From Bryobacteraceae bacterium (GTDB lineage Bacteria > Acidobacteriota > Terriglobia > Bryobacterales > Bryobacteraceae), in NCBI GenBank assembly GCA_965276965.1, contig OZ255713.1:3418650-3442649 (forward strand): DNA of 24,000 nt, given 5' to 3'. The notes under the pieces are model-generated. The model saw nothing but the letters and a program-made list of their open reading frames with translations. It had not been told where the DNA came from and did not search any database. Of this stretch, positions 1 to 8,390 are shown piece after piece. A program made the translations under genes and the position numbers. The first letter of the stretch is position 1. Each line of letters opens with the position of its first letter.

Positions 1-544
1 GGCCCTGTTGCCGCGCCGTCTGGATGTGATAGGTGACCCGGCCCTGCTTGCGCGTGTCGTGCACCTGCGGCAGCCGCATCACGATCACGCGCCCGCCCTT
101 GGCGATGAGGGCGTCGGCCGCCTCCTCGGAGGCTGCGCGGGGGAACTCCGCCGAACTGACGTGGTTGTCGGTCTCCAGTGCGGGGCTGCCGGTCTTTGAC
201 CGGGCGAGACCCGTGCCGGAGGTGATGACGAGCGGCCGGTCCGAGCCGGCCAGCACCTCGCCGAGCGTCTCGATGACCTTGCGGTCGTCCTCGCTGTTTT
301 GCTTCAAGTTGGAGAAGTCGTGGTTGAAGGCCGCGTGGATGACGCCGTCGGCCGCCTGTGCGGCGGTCCGCAGGCGGTCCAGGTCGTTCACGTCCCCGCG
401 GAAGACCTCCGCCCCGGCACGGGTGAGCGCCTCGGCGCCAGCCTCAGACCGGGCAAGTCCAATTACCTGATGGCCAGCGCCGATCAATTCCGGGACGACC
501 GCCGAACCTATGAAACCTGTAGCACCCGTAACAAATACTCGCAT
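1..544 (-). CDS. NAD(P)-binding SDR/NmrA-type (epimerase-like) oxidoreductase, N-terminal part only. The C-terminus lies beyond the left window edge.
   Basis: Absent from the ORF track because it is open at the window edge. The reverse complement from ATG (comp. 542-544) reads MRVFVTGATGFIGSAVVPELIGAGHQVIGLARSEAGAEALTRAGAEVFRGDVNDLDRLRTAAQAADGVIHAAFNHDFSNLKQNSEDDRKVIETLGEVLAGSDRPLVITSGTG..., with no stop down to position 1. It has a Rossmann GxxGxxG motif. It is clearly homologous (roughly half identical by eye) to the product of 632..1552. An AAGGA-like RBS lies upstream. Confidence 0.8.
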   Translation of the reverse strand, partial: MRVFVTGATGFIGSAVVPELIGAGHQVIGLARSEAGAEALTRAGAEVFRGDVNDLDRLRTAAQAADGVIHAAFNHDFSNLKQNSEDDRKVIETLGEVLAGSDRPLVITSGTGLARSKTGSPALETDNHVSSAEFPRAASEEAADALIAKGGRVIVMRLPQVHDTRKQGRVTYHIQTARQQG

Positions 545-575
545 TGTCCTATCCTTTGCTTTGTGAACTCGCGGC
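516..575 (-). repeat. Copy A of a ~60-nt block (first ~10 codons plus RBS and 5' leader) shared with 1524..1584
   Basis: cctgtagcacccgtaacaaatactcgcattgtcct-atcctttgctttgtgaactcgcggc compared with 1524..1584 differs by one indel and one substitution, although the two gene bodies are otherwise diverged. Confidence 0.9.
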
Positions 576-590
576 TGCTTTGTGAACTCG
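557..590 (-). promoter_or_regulatory. Perfect 15-bp direct repeat TGCTTTGTGAACTCG x2 (557-571, 576-590) in the leader of the first oxidoreductase gene; candidate operator
   Basis: Read directly from the sequence. The two copies are 19 bp apart. One copy with a single mismatch (tgctttgtgaattcg, 1566-1580) sits at the equivalent place upstream of the second paralog. A regulatory function is inferred only. Confidence 0.3.
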
Positions 591-631
591 TGAAGTGCGG
601 TCAGAAGTAAAAGTGCAAAGGGCGTAGTAGT

Positions 632-1552
632 TCAGTCCGTCGAGTTTCTGAAATAATGGGGGCCATCAAGATCCGTTGCCAGTGTTACCTCCACCGGCTT
701 CCAGCCAAGTTCAACTCGGGTTTTGTCACTTGCGGCAGGAGCATCAAGTTCCGCAAAGAACTTAAACCACCCGAAATGAGCCGCAGCTTCTTCAGGTTTT
801 ATTGAGACAACTGGCACCCCCAAACCACGGCCAATCGCGTGTGCGATGTCTCGAAACGAGATCGCCGATTCGGCTGCCGCATGAAAGCGTTTACCAGGCT
901 TGGTATTTTTGAGCGCCAAGCGATAAAGGCGAGCGGCATCAAGGCGATGCACAGCACTCCAACGATTGAGGCCTTCTCCTACGTATGCTGAAAAGCCTTT
1001 TCCGCGAGCGGTTCGGATAAGGAGTGGCACAAAACCATGGTCTCCTTCGCCATGTACGGTTGGAGACAGCCTGATAACCCCTATACGGACTCCACGGCGA
1101 GCGACAGAATCCGCCCCGTACTCACATAAAACTCGAAATTGTTCGGGCGAATAAGCGGTACTATCGTCCTCATCGGAAAGTGAGCCAGGCTTTAGAGTGG
1201 CTGTCCCTGTTGTAACAAGCAATAGACGCTCACTTCCTTCAAGCTGCTGACCCATGGCTTCGATGGCAACCCGATCATTCTCGCTATTTTGCTTGAGTTG
1301 TGCGAAGGTTTCATTTTCGCTAAAGGCGGTATTGAAGGCAGTGTGGATCACGCCATCACATAATTTCGCACCTTCGCGTAAGCTCGCCAAATCCTCAATA
1401 TGGCCCTGAAGCACGTCCACACCAAGCGATTTCAACGCTTGGGCCGATTTCTCAGAACGAGCCAGTCCAAGCACTTCATAGCCATTCTGGAGTAAATCTT
1501 GAACGACTGCCGAGCCTACAAAGCCTGTAGCACCCGTAACAAATACTCGCAT
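632..1552 (-). CDS. NAD(P)-binding SDR/NmrA-type (epimerase-like) oxidoreductase, 306 aa
   Basis: Track ORF 632..1633. I trimmed the start to the internal ATG at comp. 1550-1552 (MRVFVTGATGFVGSAVV...). That start carries the Rossmann motif directly at the N-terminus, is preceded by AAGGATAAGGA, and matches the start of the upstream paralog. Confidence 0.85.
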   Translation of the reverse strand: MRVFVTGATGFVGSAVVQDLLQNGYEVLGLARSEKSAQALKSLGVDVLQGHIEDLASLREGAKLCDGVIHTAFNTAFSENETFAQLKQNSENDRVAIEAMGQQLEGSERLLLVTTGTATLKPGSLSDEDDSTAYSPEQFRVLCEYGADSVARRGVRIGVIRLSPTVHGEGDHGFVPLLIRTARGKGFSAYVGEGLNRWSAVHRLDAARLYRLALKNTKPGKRFHAAAESAISFRDIAHAIGRGLGVPVVSIKPEEAAAHFGWFKFFAELDAPAASDKTRVELGWKPVEVTLATDLDGPHYFRNSTD

Positions 1553-1584
1553 TGTCCTTATCCTTTGCTTTGTGAATTCGCGGC
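1524..1584 (-). repeat. Copy B of the shared start/leader block
   Basis: cctgtagcacccgtaacaaatactcgcattgtccttatcctttgctttgtgaattcgcggc, near-identical to 516..575. Confidence 0.9.
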
Positions 1585-1682
1585 GCCCTGCGCCCTGCCC
1601 GCTCTTATTTCTGTCGATTGGAGTGCTGTGCACGGGCTCTCGGAGTGTGTGGCGCCAGGCGCGCAGAGAGGCGCTGTAGCTG

Positions 1683-2399
1683 CTACCAGGGCACAGTGCG
1701 GCCTAAATAATCCAGGTACTCAAGACCGGCATTGCCTTGTTTTTTGAGCAGAACATTCACCAGGTTTGGAACGCTTTCGTCAATGCTCAGGCGTGCATCC
1801 GGTCCGCCCAACTCCGTACGGACCCAGCCGGGAGCCATTAGAACCATTGCACGCAGCGTAGCGGAGTTGCGGGCGGCGTAGCTGCGCATCAACTGGTTCA
1901 AGGCTGCCTTGCTACCGCGATAGACCTCACGCCTTCCGCTAACGTTGTTAGCGACACTCCCTTGCCCGGATGACATCACCCCGATCAGGCCGCTGGCGGA
2001 GACCAAATCCTGTAGCGACTCGACGACTCGCATCGGACAGAGCGCATTTGTGACCATGACGCGCACGAACTCATCCGTTGTCACATCTCCGATCGTTTCT
2101 GTTTCGTCATTGGTCGTGCCGGCGTTCACAAAAAGCATGTCGAAGACCCGCCCCGATAGGCGATGCCGTAAAGCTTCGACTTGGGCCTGTTCGCAGATGT
2201 CCAGCGTTTCTATTGCAAGCCGTTCCTGAAATTGGTCAGCAAGATCATGCAGTTTTGTTCGGCCAGATCCCGCCCGAACTGTTCCAACAACATTCCACCC
2301 GTCCTTGAGAAATTCTTCTGCCATTGCCAGGCCAAGACCGCGCGAGGCGGCGATGAGAAGGATAGTGCGGGCTGTTTGCTTGGAAAAGTTGGAGGGCAT
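1683..2399 (-). CDS. Classical short-chain dehydrogenase/reductase (SDR), 238 aa
   Basis: N-terminal TILLIAASRGLGLAMAEEF (TGxxxGxG-type cofactor motif variant), NAG motif (FVNAGT) and YRGSK active-site motif. Divergent from a LysR gene. Confidence 0.85.
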   Translation of the reverse strand: MPSNFSKQTARTILLIAASRGLGLAMAEEFLKDGWNVVGTVRAGSGRTKLHDLADQFQERLAIETLDICEQAQVEALRHRLSGRVFDMLFVNAGTTNDETETIGDVTTDEFVRVMVTNALCPMRVVESLQDLVSASGLIGVMSSGQGSVANNVSGRREVYRGSKAALNQLMRSYAARNSATLRAMVLMAPGWVRTELGGPDARLSIDESVPNLVNVLLKKQGNAGLEYLDYLGRTVPW

Positions 2400-2529
2400 G
2401 CCGTTTCTTCTTTGTCTTTACTACCTTCGATTATGGGCAAATGCCGGAGTAAGCGCCAGACGCACGAGATGCACTTCATAATTGCACCTGACGCTATCAT
2501 TCGAGCGCCGGAGACTCTATACTGCTCCA

Positions 2530-3459
2530 ATGGATGCCGTCGACCTGAATCTTCTTAGTGCGTTGGATGTACTTCTGGCGGAAGGCAGCGTGATCGGAGC
2601 GGCCCGCCGACTGGGCCTTAGCTCCTCCGCAATGAGCCGTACACTTGTGCGCCTGCGACGAGCGACAGGTGATCCGTTGCTGGTGCGCGCGGGGCGCGGG
2701 CTGGTACCAACTCCTCATGCCACAGCGTTGCGCGAGCGGGTGCACTCGCTCGCCCTTGATGCGAAGTCGGTTCTGCAGCCTTTTCGAGCCCACTTGGACC
2801 CTGCCGCGCTCGACCTGACGTTCACCATTCGTGCCGGAGAGTGGTTCATGGAGGTGCTTTCAAGCGCCATCATCTCAGACATCATCAAAGCCGCGCCAGG
2901 CGTGCGCCTTCGCTTTGTGCCGAAGCATGAAGCAGATCCGGATCTCCTCAGAGACGGCGTGATCGACTTAGAAATCGGGAAACGAGGAACGTCAGCGCCG
3001 GAGGTCCGCACGCACTTTCTCTTTCGGGACAAGTACATCGGCGTCGCCCGAAGTGGGCACCCACTTCTCGCAGGCGGAAAGGTGACGCCTAAGCGTTTTG
3101 CTGCCTGCGGCCAGGTTGCTTCGACGCAGCGCGGAGGATCCAAAGGCCTGGTGGACGCTGCCTTACACAAAGTTCATCTCGGACGGGTGGTGCAGGTTGT
3201 CGTGCCTGGCTTTCCGGATGCCATGCGAGTGGCGGCCAGCTCCGATCTGATCGCACTGGTACCACGTGCAAGCCTGGCGAACGCTCTTATCAAGGACCGA
3301 AGTACCACTTTGGGTGTCCAGCAATTCGAGATTCCGGTACCCATGCCAGAGATACTGGTTTCTGCAATGTGGCACCCGCGAGTGGATGCCGACCCTGCCC
3401 AGCGCTGGCTGAGACAAGTGGTGATCTCGGTGTGCAAGAACGCGTACCCGGCGACGTGA
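2530..3459 (+). CDS. LysR-family transcriptional regulator, 309 aa
   Basis: Track ORF 2482..3459, trimmed to ATG 2530 (MDAVDLNLLSALDVLLAEGSVIGAARRLGLSSSAMSRTLVRLR...). This is a typical LysR winged-HTH N-terminus followed by a substrate-binding-domain-length body. The classic divergent arrangement with the adjacent SDR gene is present. Confidence 0.9.
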   Translation: MDAVDLNLLSALDVLLAEGSVIGAARRLGLSSSAMSRTLVRLRRATGDPLLVRAGRGLVPTPHATALRERVHSLALDAKSVLQPFRAHLDPAALDLTFTIRAGEWFMEVLSSAIISDIIKAAPGVRLRFVPKHEADPDLLRDGVIDLEIGKRGTSAPEVRTHFLFRDKYIGVARSGHPLLAGGKVTPKRFAACGQVASTQRGGSKGLVDAALHKVHLGRVVQVVVPGFPDAMRVAASSDLIALVPRASLANALIKDRSTTLGVQQFEIPVPMPEILVSAMWHPRVDADPAQRWLRQVVISVCKNAYPAT

Positions 3460-3639
3460 GCAGATCTGGGGTTGAACCGCAATCTCGAGCAGTGGGCAGT
3501 GGCCCGGGCTAAGCCGCCCGCTTGAGAATCGGTACCGTGAAGTCGGCCTAACTGCGACTTGCCGAGCGACCCGTTTGAGGCGGGTAGCTGAGACTAGAGC
3601 GAGGAATGTAGGCGCCCCTCGCCTTGGCCACTCGCCGAG

Positions 3640-4518
3640 TCATGGATGTTTCGCTTCGGCTTGCGACAAGAAGTTGCGGAGAGTCTCGCTCATGGCCGTA
3701 GGTTTGCGCCCCAGGATCCGCTCCAGCGTTGGATCGACCACGTCGAACTCAAGAGCTCTGGTCGCGCCAAAAAGCGATGCAAGCAGGTCGACCATCCGCC
3801 CGGGAAATCCATGCGCAAGCTGGGCTCTCCGATACTCCTCATCGCTGACGACGACCCTCGTTATGTCGCGTTGGAGTATCTCAGAGGCAAGCCTGGCAAT
3901 ATCCGCAAATTCCACAGCTTCGGAGGCGGTCAGCGGTGGTGTGATCCCCTCGAAGAGACTCGTGTCGGTCAGTGCAGCTACGGCCGCTACCGCAAGATCG
4001 GCGCGAGCCGTCCAGGAGACCGGACCATCTTCCGGCAAGGCAAGCCGGCCGGTCTCTTTCATCCCACCCAGCTGATACACAGCCGATTCGGCATAGAACC
4101 CGTTGCGTAGCGAGACAAACGGAACACCAGAGGACTGAAGCAGCGCTTCCGTCGCGGCATGATCCCGCGCGAAGGCAACAGCCGACGATGGGTTAGCTGC
4201 CTGATGGCTGGTATAGAGGATGCGTTTTGCGCCGGCGTCCTTGGCGGCCTGAATCGCGTTGCCATGCTGCCGGACCCTTTCTTCGCCGAGGGTGTTCCCA
4301 GAGATGATCAGCACCTGTTCCGCGCCGTCCAAGGCTTCGGCCAGACTGGAAGGATCGGTGAAATCTCCCTTGGACACTCGAACGCCACGCTGTTCGAAGT
4401 CTCTGGCCTTTTCTGGATCACGAACGCTCGCACCAATCTGCGCACTCGGTAATTGCGTTAAAAGCCCTTCGACGATCTGCCGGCCTATCTGCCCGGTTGC
4501 CCCTGTAACCACGATCAT
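3640..4518 (-). CDS. NmrA-like / atypical SDR NAD(P)H-binding protein, 292 aa
   Basis: Track ORF 3640..4572, trimmed to ATG at comp. 4516-4518 (MIVVTGATGQIGRQIVEGLL...), preceded by AAAGGA. It has a Rossmann motif at the N-terminus and NmrA-like length. Confidence 0.85.
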   Translation of the reverse strand: MIVVTGATGQIGRQIVEGLLTQLPSAQIGASVRDPEKARDFEQRGVRVSKGDFTDPSSLAEALDGAEQVLIISGNTLGEERVRQHGNAIQAAKDAGAKRILYTSHQAANPSSAVAFARDHAATEALLQSSGVPFVSLRNGFYAESAVYQLGGMKETGRLALPEDGPVSWTARADLAVAAVAALTDTSLFEGITPPLTASEAVEFADIARLASEILQRDITRVVVSDEEYRRAQLAHGFPGRMVDLLASLFGATRALEFDVVDPTLERILGRKPTAMSETLRNFLSQAEAKHP

Positions 4519-4570
4519 GCTGTCATCCTTTCGGCAAGGAAATCGCTCGCCTGCTGTTTTCATTGATAAC

Positions 4571-4580
4571 ATAAATTTAT
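4571..4580. promoter_or_regulatory. Perfect 10-bp palindrome ATAAATTTAT in the 94-bp divergent NmrA/TetR intergenic region; candidate TetR operator or shared promoter element
   Basis: The palindrome is read directly. The AT-rich island sits between divergent start codons (4518 and 4613). An operator function is inferred from the usual TetR autoregulation logic. Confidence 0.25.
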
Positions 4581-4612
4581 ATTCAGTGGTAACAATCGGC
4601 TAAGATGAACCG

Positions 4613-5389
4613 GTGGCAACGAAAGCTCGAAAGTCCGTCTCCGAGAAGAGCAGAGAGGGTGAGTCTGCGCCGTCGAGCGGCCATCGTGAGCGCATTCTCA
4701 AGGCGGCGTTGGCGCTTCTGACGAAGAGTGGCCGCGACGCACTCACCACCCGCGCGGTGGCCGAAGCTGCGCGTGTGCAGCCGCCTACTCTTTATCGACT
4801 TTTCAACGACAAAGCGGGCCTGCTGAACGCAGTTGCGGACTATGGTTTCGGCGTTTACATGGCGAAGAAGCGGCCCCCGGTAATTACAGAAGATCCCGTC
4901 GAGTCACTTCGCGCGGGCTGGAGGCTGCACATACAGTTCGGGCTTACCAACCCTGAGCTCTATCTGCTGATGTATGCAGACCCCCATCCAGGGACGGAGA
5001 GCTGGGCGGCCGAACGATCACACCGCATGCTGCGACATCACATGCAGCGCGTGGCTGCGGCTGGACGGCTGCGTGTCAGCGAAGAACGAGCAGCGCATCT
5101 CTTTCATGCAGCCGCCTGCGGCATCGTGATGATGTTGCTCGGCATGACGGGCGAGCAGCGCGATATGTCCTTGTCGGATACAGCCTGCGATGCGGCACTG
5201 GCAGTCATTGTCACGGATCAATCCATCTTGCCTGCTCCGACCGTTGCCGCGGCAGCCACCACGCTACGAGCTCTTGTTACCGGCGTTGCAGAGGCGCATC
5301 CATCTGAACCAAACGTCTTCACTGAAGCTGAACGTGCTTTGTTGGTCGAATGGCTCGATCGCCTTACAAAAGCCCGCTCCCGCAAGTAA
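4613..5389 (+). CDS. TetR/AcrR-family transcriptional regulator, 258 aa (GTG start)
   Basis: N-terminal HTH region RERILKAALALLTKSGRDALTTRAVAEAARVQPPTLYRLFNDKAGLL is typical of TetR. Divergent from the NmrA-like gene. Confidence 0.85.
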   Translation: MATKARKSVSEKSREGESAPSSGHRERILKAALALLTKSGRDALTTRAVAEAARVQPPTLYRLFNDKAGLLNAVADYGFGVYMAKKRPPVITEDPVESLRAGWRLHIQFGLTNPELYLLMYADPHPGTESWAAERSHRMLRHHMQRVAAAGRLRVSEERAAHLFHAAACGIVMMLLGMTGEQRDMSLSDTACDAALAVIVTDQSILPAPTVAAAATTLRALVTGVAEAHPSEPNVFTEAERALLVEWLDRLTKARSRK

Positions 5390-5392
5390 GGA

Positions 5393-5409
5393 CAAGTCGG
5401 CCTCGATCC
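5393..5409 (+). repeat. 17-bp perfect direct repeat CAAGTCGGCCTCGATCC, left copy (4 nt after the TetR stop codon)
   Basis: Identical to 11753..11769. The flanking bases differ on both sides. Confidence 0.9.
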
Positions 5410-5584
5410 ATCCAATCTACTCCGGCTCAAGCCCGATGCGATCGTTGACGACATCGCGGATTCTTTGTTTGCAGCCCAAGTACCGTTCTGTCGTTTGGAC
5501 GCTTACATGCCCGAGCATACGGGTCAAGTGTGGAGGTGCGATCGCCGGTGCCAGAAAGTCGATGACAGCGGACAACCCCTTTCC

Positions 5585-6004
5585 TTAGGACGGGGTCGAA
5601 TCCGATTCTGCCGTTGCGTTAATAACATTGGCCGGATTCCAATAGTCTTTCCAGTGAGAGATCCGTCCGTCACGGAATGTGAGCACAGTAATGTACTTCT
5701 GCAGGTAGGGCCGTCCCGTTTGCGTGGCTTTGCCTCTGCCTTCGAACTCAAGAACAGCGACGTTGGGATTGGTAGTCTGATGTGCCGCGACCAAAAGAAT
5801 TTCATCGACGGTCAGTAAATCCCCGAAAGCAGAGAAGAATTCCACGATTTCCTGCTTCCCGACTAGCTGAGCTGGGGTCGTCGGAAGATGATATGGAAAT
5901 TCCATGACCGCATCTTCGGTCAACATCTCCAGCAGATCGTGGTGCTTCGAAGTCACAAGATTGCTCAGGAAGTCCTGCAGCTTCGCATCAATAAATTTAG
6001 GCAT
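5585..6004 (-). CDS. NTF2-like superfamily protein (SnoaL / PhzA-PhzB-like fold), 139 aa
   Basis: Track ORF 5585..6025, trimmed to MPKFIDAKLQDF... Its size and C-terminal pattern (...YITVLTFRDGRISHWKDYWNP) resemble SnoaL/PhzAB-type NTF2-fold proteins. The assignment is by pattern memory only. Confidence 0.65.
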   Translation of the reverse strand: MPKFIDAKLQDFLSNLVTSKHHDLLEMLTEDAVMEFPYHLPTTPAQLVGKQEIVEFFSAFGDLLTVDEILLVAAHQTTNPNVAVLEFEGRGKATQTGRPYLQKYITVLTFRDGRISHWKDYWNPANVINATAESDSTPS

Positions 6005-6295
6005 GTTTGGGGCTCCAGGCTGCACGAGGTTCCGTGCTAGCGGTTGCGATTTTCCCGAATTCTCATTATGTCCAGGCCTCGGCGACCTGCTACACGCAGT
6101 CGCAAACCTATGCCGGGGATCTCAGGACGATGAACTCGTCTATGCGCGAAAGATGGTCGAACTACTGGTTGACGGCTTGCGTTACGGAGCGAGTACGCGA
6201 ATCGACAAGCCCTAAAAGCCGACTTGAACGAAGCCGAAGCGGCAGACGCTACGCGTGGGCGTTCCAAGCGGCGATGTGGAAACTGGGATAGTGTC

Positions 6296-6321
6296 GGGTC
6301 ACAAGGAGGTCCTTGTGACCC
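6296..6321 (+). promoter_or_regulatory. Perfect hairpin GGGTCACAAGG-AGGT-CCTTGTGACCC that encloses the AAGGAGG RBS and the GTG start of the IS recombinase gene
   Basis: An 11-bp (formally 12-bp) perfect inverted repeat is read directly. The RBS (6303-6309) is in the left arm and loop, and the GTG (6315-6317) is in the right arm. The homologous position in the decayed copy (11658-11683) keeps only 8 outer pairs. Confidence 0.5.
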
Positions 6322-7193
6322 AGCTTAGAAAGATGATGCTCGAAGAACTCGAGCGTCGGAATTACTCTCAGAGTACTGTACGCACGTACGTCAAAACGAT
6401 TGCCGACCTGGCGCGCTATTTCAAACGTCCACCGGATCAACTCGGCCCAGACCAACTTCGCCAATATCAGGCCTACCTATTCCGCGAGCGCAAACTGGCT
6501 GCCAACACAGTCAACCAGCGAACTGCTGCGCTTCGATTCTTCTTCGTGACGACGCTGAAGAAACCCTGGACCATTGCTGAAACACCCTACCCGCGAAAGA
6601 CGTTTCGACTGCCCAAAGTCCTCAGCGTGGAGCAGGTATCGAAACTGATCGATGCCGCTCCCACTCTCTTCTACCGCATTCTCTTGATGACCCTGTACGC
6701 GACTGGATTGCGGCGTGCTGAACTGGCGCACTTAAAAATGCCGGACATTGATAGTGAACGGATGTTGATTCACGTCAAAGGCGGAAAAGGCCGCAAAGAT
6801 CGCGATGTCATGCTCAGTCCGATCCTCCTGGAGGAGCTTCGGACTTACGTGCGCGGACTTCGAAGGAAACCGGACGTCTGGTTATTTCCCGGCAACCGTT
6901 GGCACACCGGCAAAATGCCGATCAGCACGAAGGTGATTTGGTCGGCCTGCCGACAGGCTGCGACACGTGCGGGGCTCGGAGATGAGATCCATCCCCACAC
7001 GCTTCGGCACTGCTTCGCGACTCATTTGCTCGAGTCAGGCGCCGATCTTCGCACCATCCAACTGCTGCTCGGGCATCGCGATCTGGAAGAGACCACGCTG
7101 TACCTGCATCTTTCCAATGCTCGAATGAGTGCTACAGCCAGTCCTCTGGACAAGCTGAAGTTAGCCGCCTTTCTCGCGCAAGACGACGAATAG
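6315..7193 (+). CDS. Tyrosine recombinase (phage-integrase family) encoded within the IS, 292 aa
   Basis: Track ORF 6255..7193. I prefer GTG 6315, which lies 5 nt after AAGGAGG. Catalytic signature residues are visible: ATGLRRAEL (Arg), HTLRHCFATHLL (HxxR) and LLGHRDLEETTLYLH (His, Tyr). The stop TAG abuts the transposase ATG (TAGATG). Confidence 0.85.
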   Translation: MTQLRKMMLEELERRNYSQSTVRTYVKTIADLARYFKRPPDQLGPDQLRQYQAYLFRERKLAANTVNQRTAALRFFFVTTLKKPWTIAETPYPRKTFRLPKVLSVEQVSKLIDAAPTLFYRILLMTLYATGLRRAELAHLKMPDIDSERMLIHVKGGKGRKDRDVMLSPILLEELRTYVRGLRRKPDVWLFPGNRWHTGKMPISTKVIWSACRQAATRAGLGDEIHPHTLRHCFATHLLESGADLRTIQLLLGHRDLEETTLYLHLSNARMSATASPLDKLKLAAFLAQDDE

Positions 7194-8390
7194 ATGAACC
7201 GGCCATCGCTTGAGATGGCCGATGTCGTTCGCAGTGCGGGCCGGAACTTCATCGAACGAAATCGTTCCTGGCTGAACCGGCTCCACTTAAAAGTGTTGAC
7301 AGCCATCGAGCGCTGCCGCACCGCTGCGCTCGGCGGTCATCTCGATAAGTGTGTGCGCTGTGGACATCATGCCATCTCATTCAACTCCTGCAGGAACAGG
7401 CACTGCCCCAAGTGTCAGGCGAACGCTCGCGATCATTGGCTAGCAGCCCGCCAACGCGAACTTCTGCCGACACGATACGCGCATGTTGTTTTCACTCTGC
7501 CGCATGAACTGGCGCCACTCGCTTTGCAGAATAAGAAAGTGGTTTACGACTTACTCTTTCGAATCAGCGCCGAGACATTACTTGAGGTCGCTCGCGATCC
7601 GCAGCATCTCGGCGCGGACATTGGCTTCTTCAGTGTGCTGCATAGTTGGAATCAGAAACTCCAACATCATCCCCACATTCACTGCATCGTTCCGGCCGGC
7701 GGATTAGCGCCCGATCGCACCCATTGGATACCGTGCCAGCAAAAGTTCTTCCTTCCAGTCGGCGTGTTGGCCGAAGTCTTTCGTGGCAAGTTCACCGAAG
7801 CGCTGAAGGAAACTTTCGCAGGCAACAAACTCGGGTTTCATGGGTCCATGAAGCCACTCGGACGGCCCAAAGTCTTCGCGCAACTAGTACGACAGACCTT
7901 TCGTAAGAAGTGGGTTGTTTATGCGAAACGGCCGTTTGGCGGCGCGGAACACGCCCTCCGTTATCTCGGCTGCTATACCCATCGAGTCGCTATCTCGAAT
8001 CCTCGGCTTGTCGCGTTTGCCGACGATCAAGTGACTTTCCGTTGGCGCGATTCGGCACACCAGAACCAGCAGCGCCTCATGACTCTGCACGTTAACGAGT
8101 TCTTGCGACGCTTCCTGTTGCATGTCCTGCCGCCACGCTTTGTGCGCATCCGCCACTTCGGCTTCCTCAGTACACGCAAACGCTCCACGCTTCTGCCGTT
8201 GTGTTTTCGTCTGCTGGGCGCAACCGCTGTGGTGCCGGAAAAGGCAGCTACAAGCACTGGGCGACAATCACAGCCGCGCGTGGCCTGGTTGTGCCCGCGC
8301 TGCCATGGGCCGATGATGATTCTGGAACGCTGGAGCGCTTTACAACTTCGCTTCCGCGCTCCTCCGCCACTCCACTCAACCGCGGCCTAA
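7194..8390 (+). CDS. tnpA: IS91-family HUH / Y2 transposase, 398 aa
   Basis: The N-terminal zinc-binding cluster is CVRCGHHAISFNSCRNRHCPKC. The HUH motif is HHPHIHC and the two-tyrosine motif is ALRYLGCYTHRVAISN. A C-terminal CPRC is present. The start codon directly follows the recombinase stop. Confidence 0.9.
   Translation: MNRPSLEMADVVRSAGRNFIERNRSWLNRLHLKVLTAIERCRTAALGGHLDKCVRCGHHAISFNSCRNRHCPKCQANARDHWLAARQRELLPTRYAHVVFTLPHELAPLALQNKKVVYDLLFRISAETLLEVARDPQHLGADIGFFSVLHSWNQKLQHHPHIHCIVPAGGLAPDRTHWIPCQQKFFLPVGVLAEVFRGKFTEALKETFAGNKLGFHGSMKPLGRPKVFAQLVRQTFRKKWVVYAKRPFGGAEHALRYLGCYTHRVAISNPRLVAFADDQVTFRWRDSAHQNQQRLMTLHVNEFLRRFLLHVLPPRFVRIRHFGFLSTRKRSTLLPLCFRLLGATAVVPEKAATSTGRQSQPRVAWLCPRCHGPMMILERWSALQLRFRAPPPLHSTAA

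Noticed and set aside
632-1633. N-terminal extensions offered by the ORF track (e.g. 1553-1633, 2482-2529, 4519-4572, 6005-6025, 6255-6314, 16158-16202)
   Set aside because: In each case an internal start places the expected family N-terminus (Rossmann motif, LysR HTH, signal peptide) correctly and has a better RBS. The extensions are unconserved and basic or low-complexity.
3575-4603. Plus-strand ORFs 3575..4075, 3646..4110, 4159..4452 and 4259..4603 inside the NmrA-like gene
   Set aside because: They are antisense shadows of a gene with a clear Rossmann N-terminus. They have no motifs or RBS support.
1683-5389. Clustering of regulator/oxidoreductase pairs (LysR-SDR, TetR-NmrA, and later TetR-SDR at 21163-22705) as a possible pathway or system
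   Set aside because: Such divergent or tandem pairs are commonplace in soil bacteria. Nothing links them to each other or to a common substrate.
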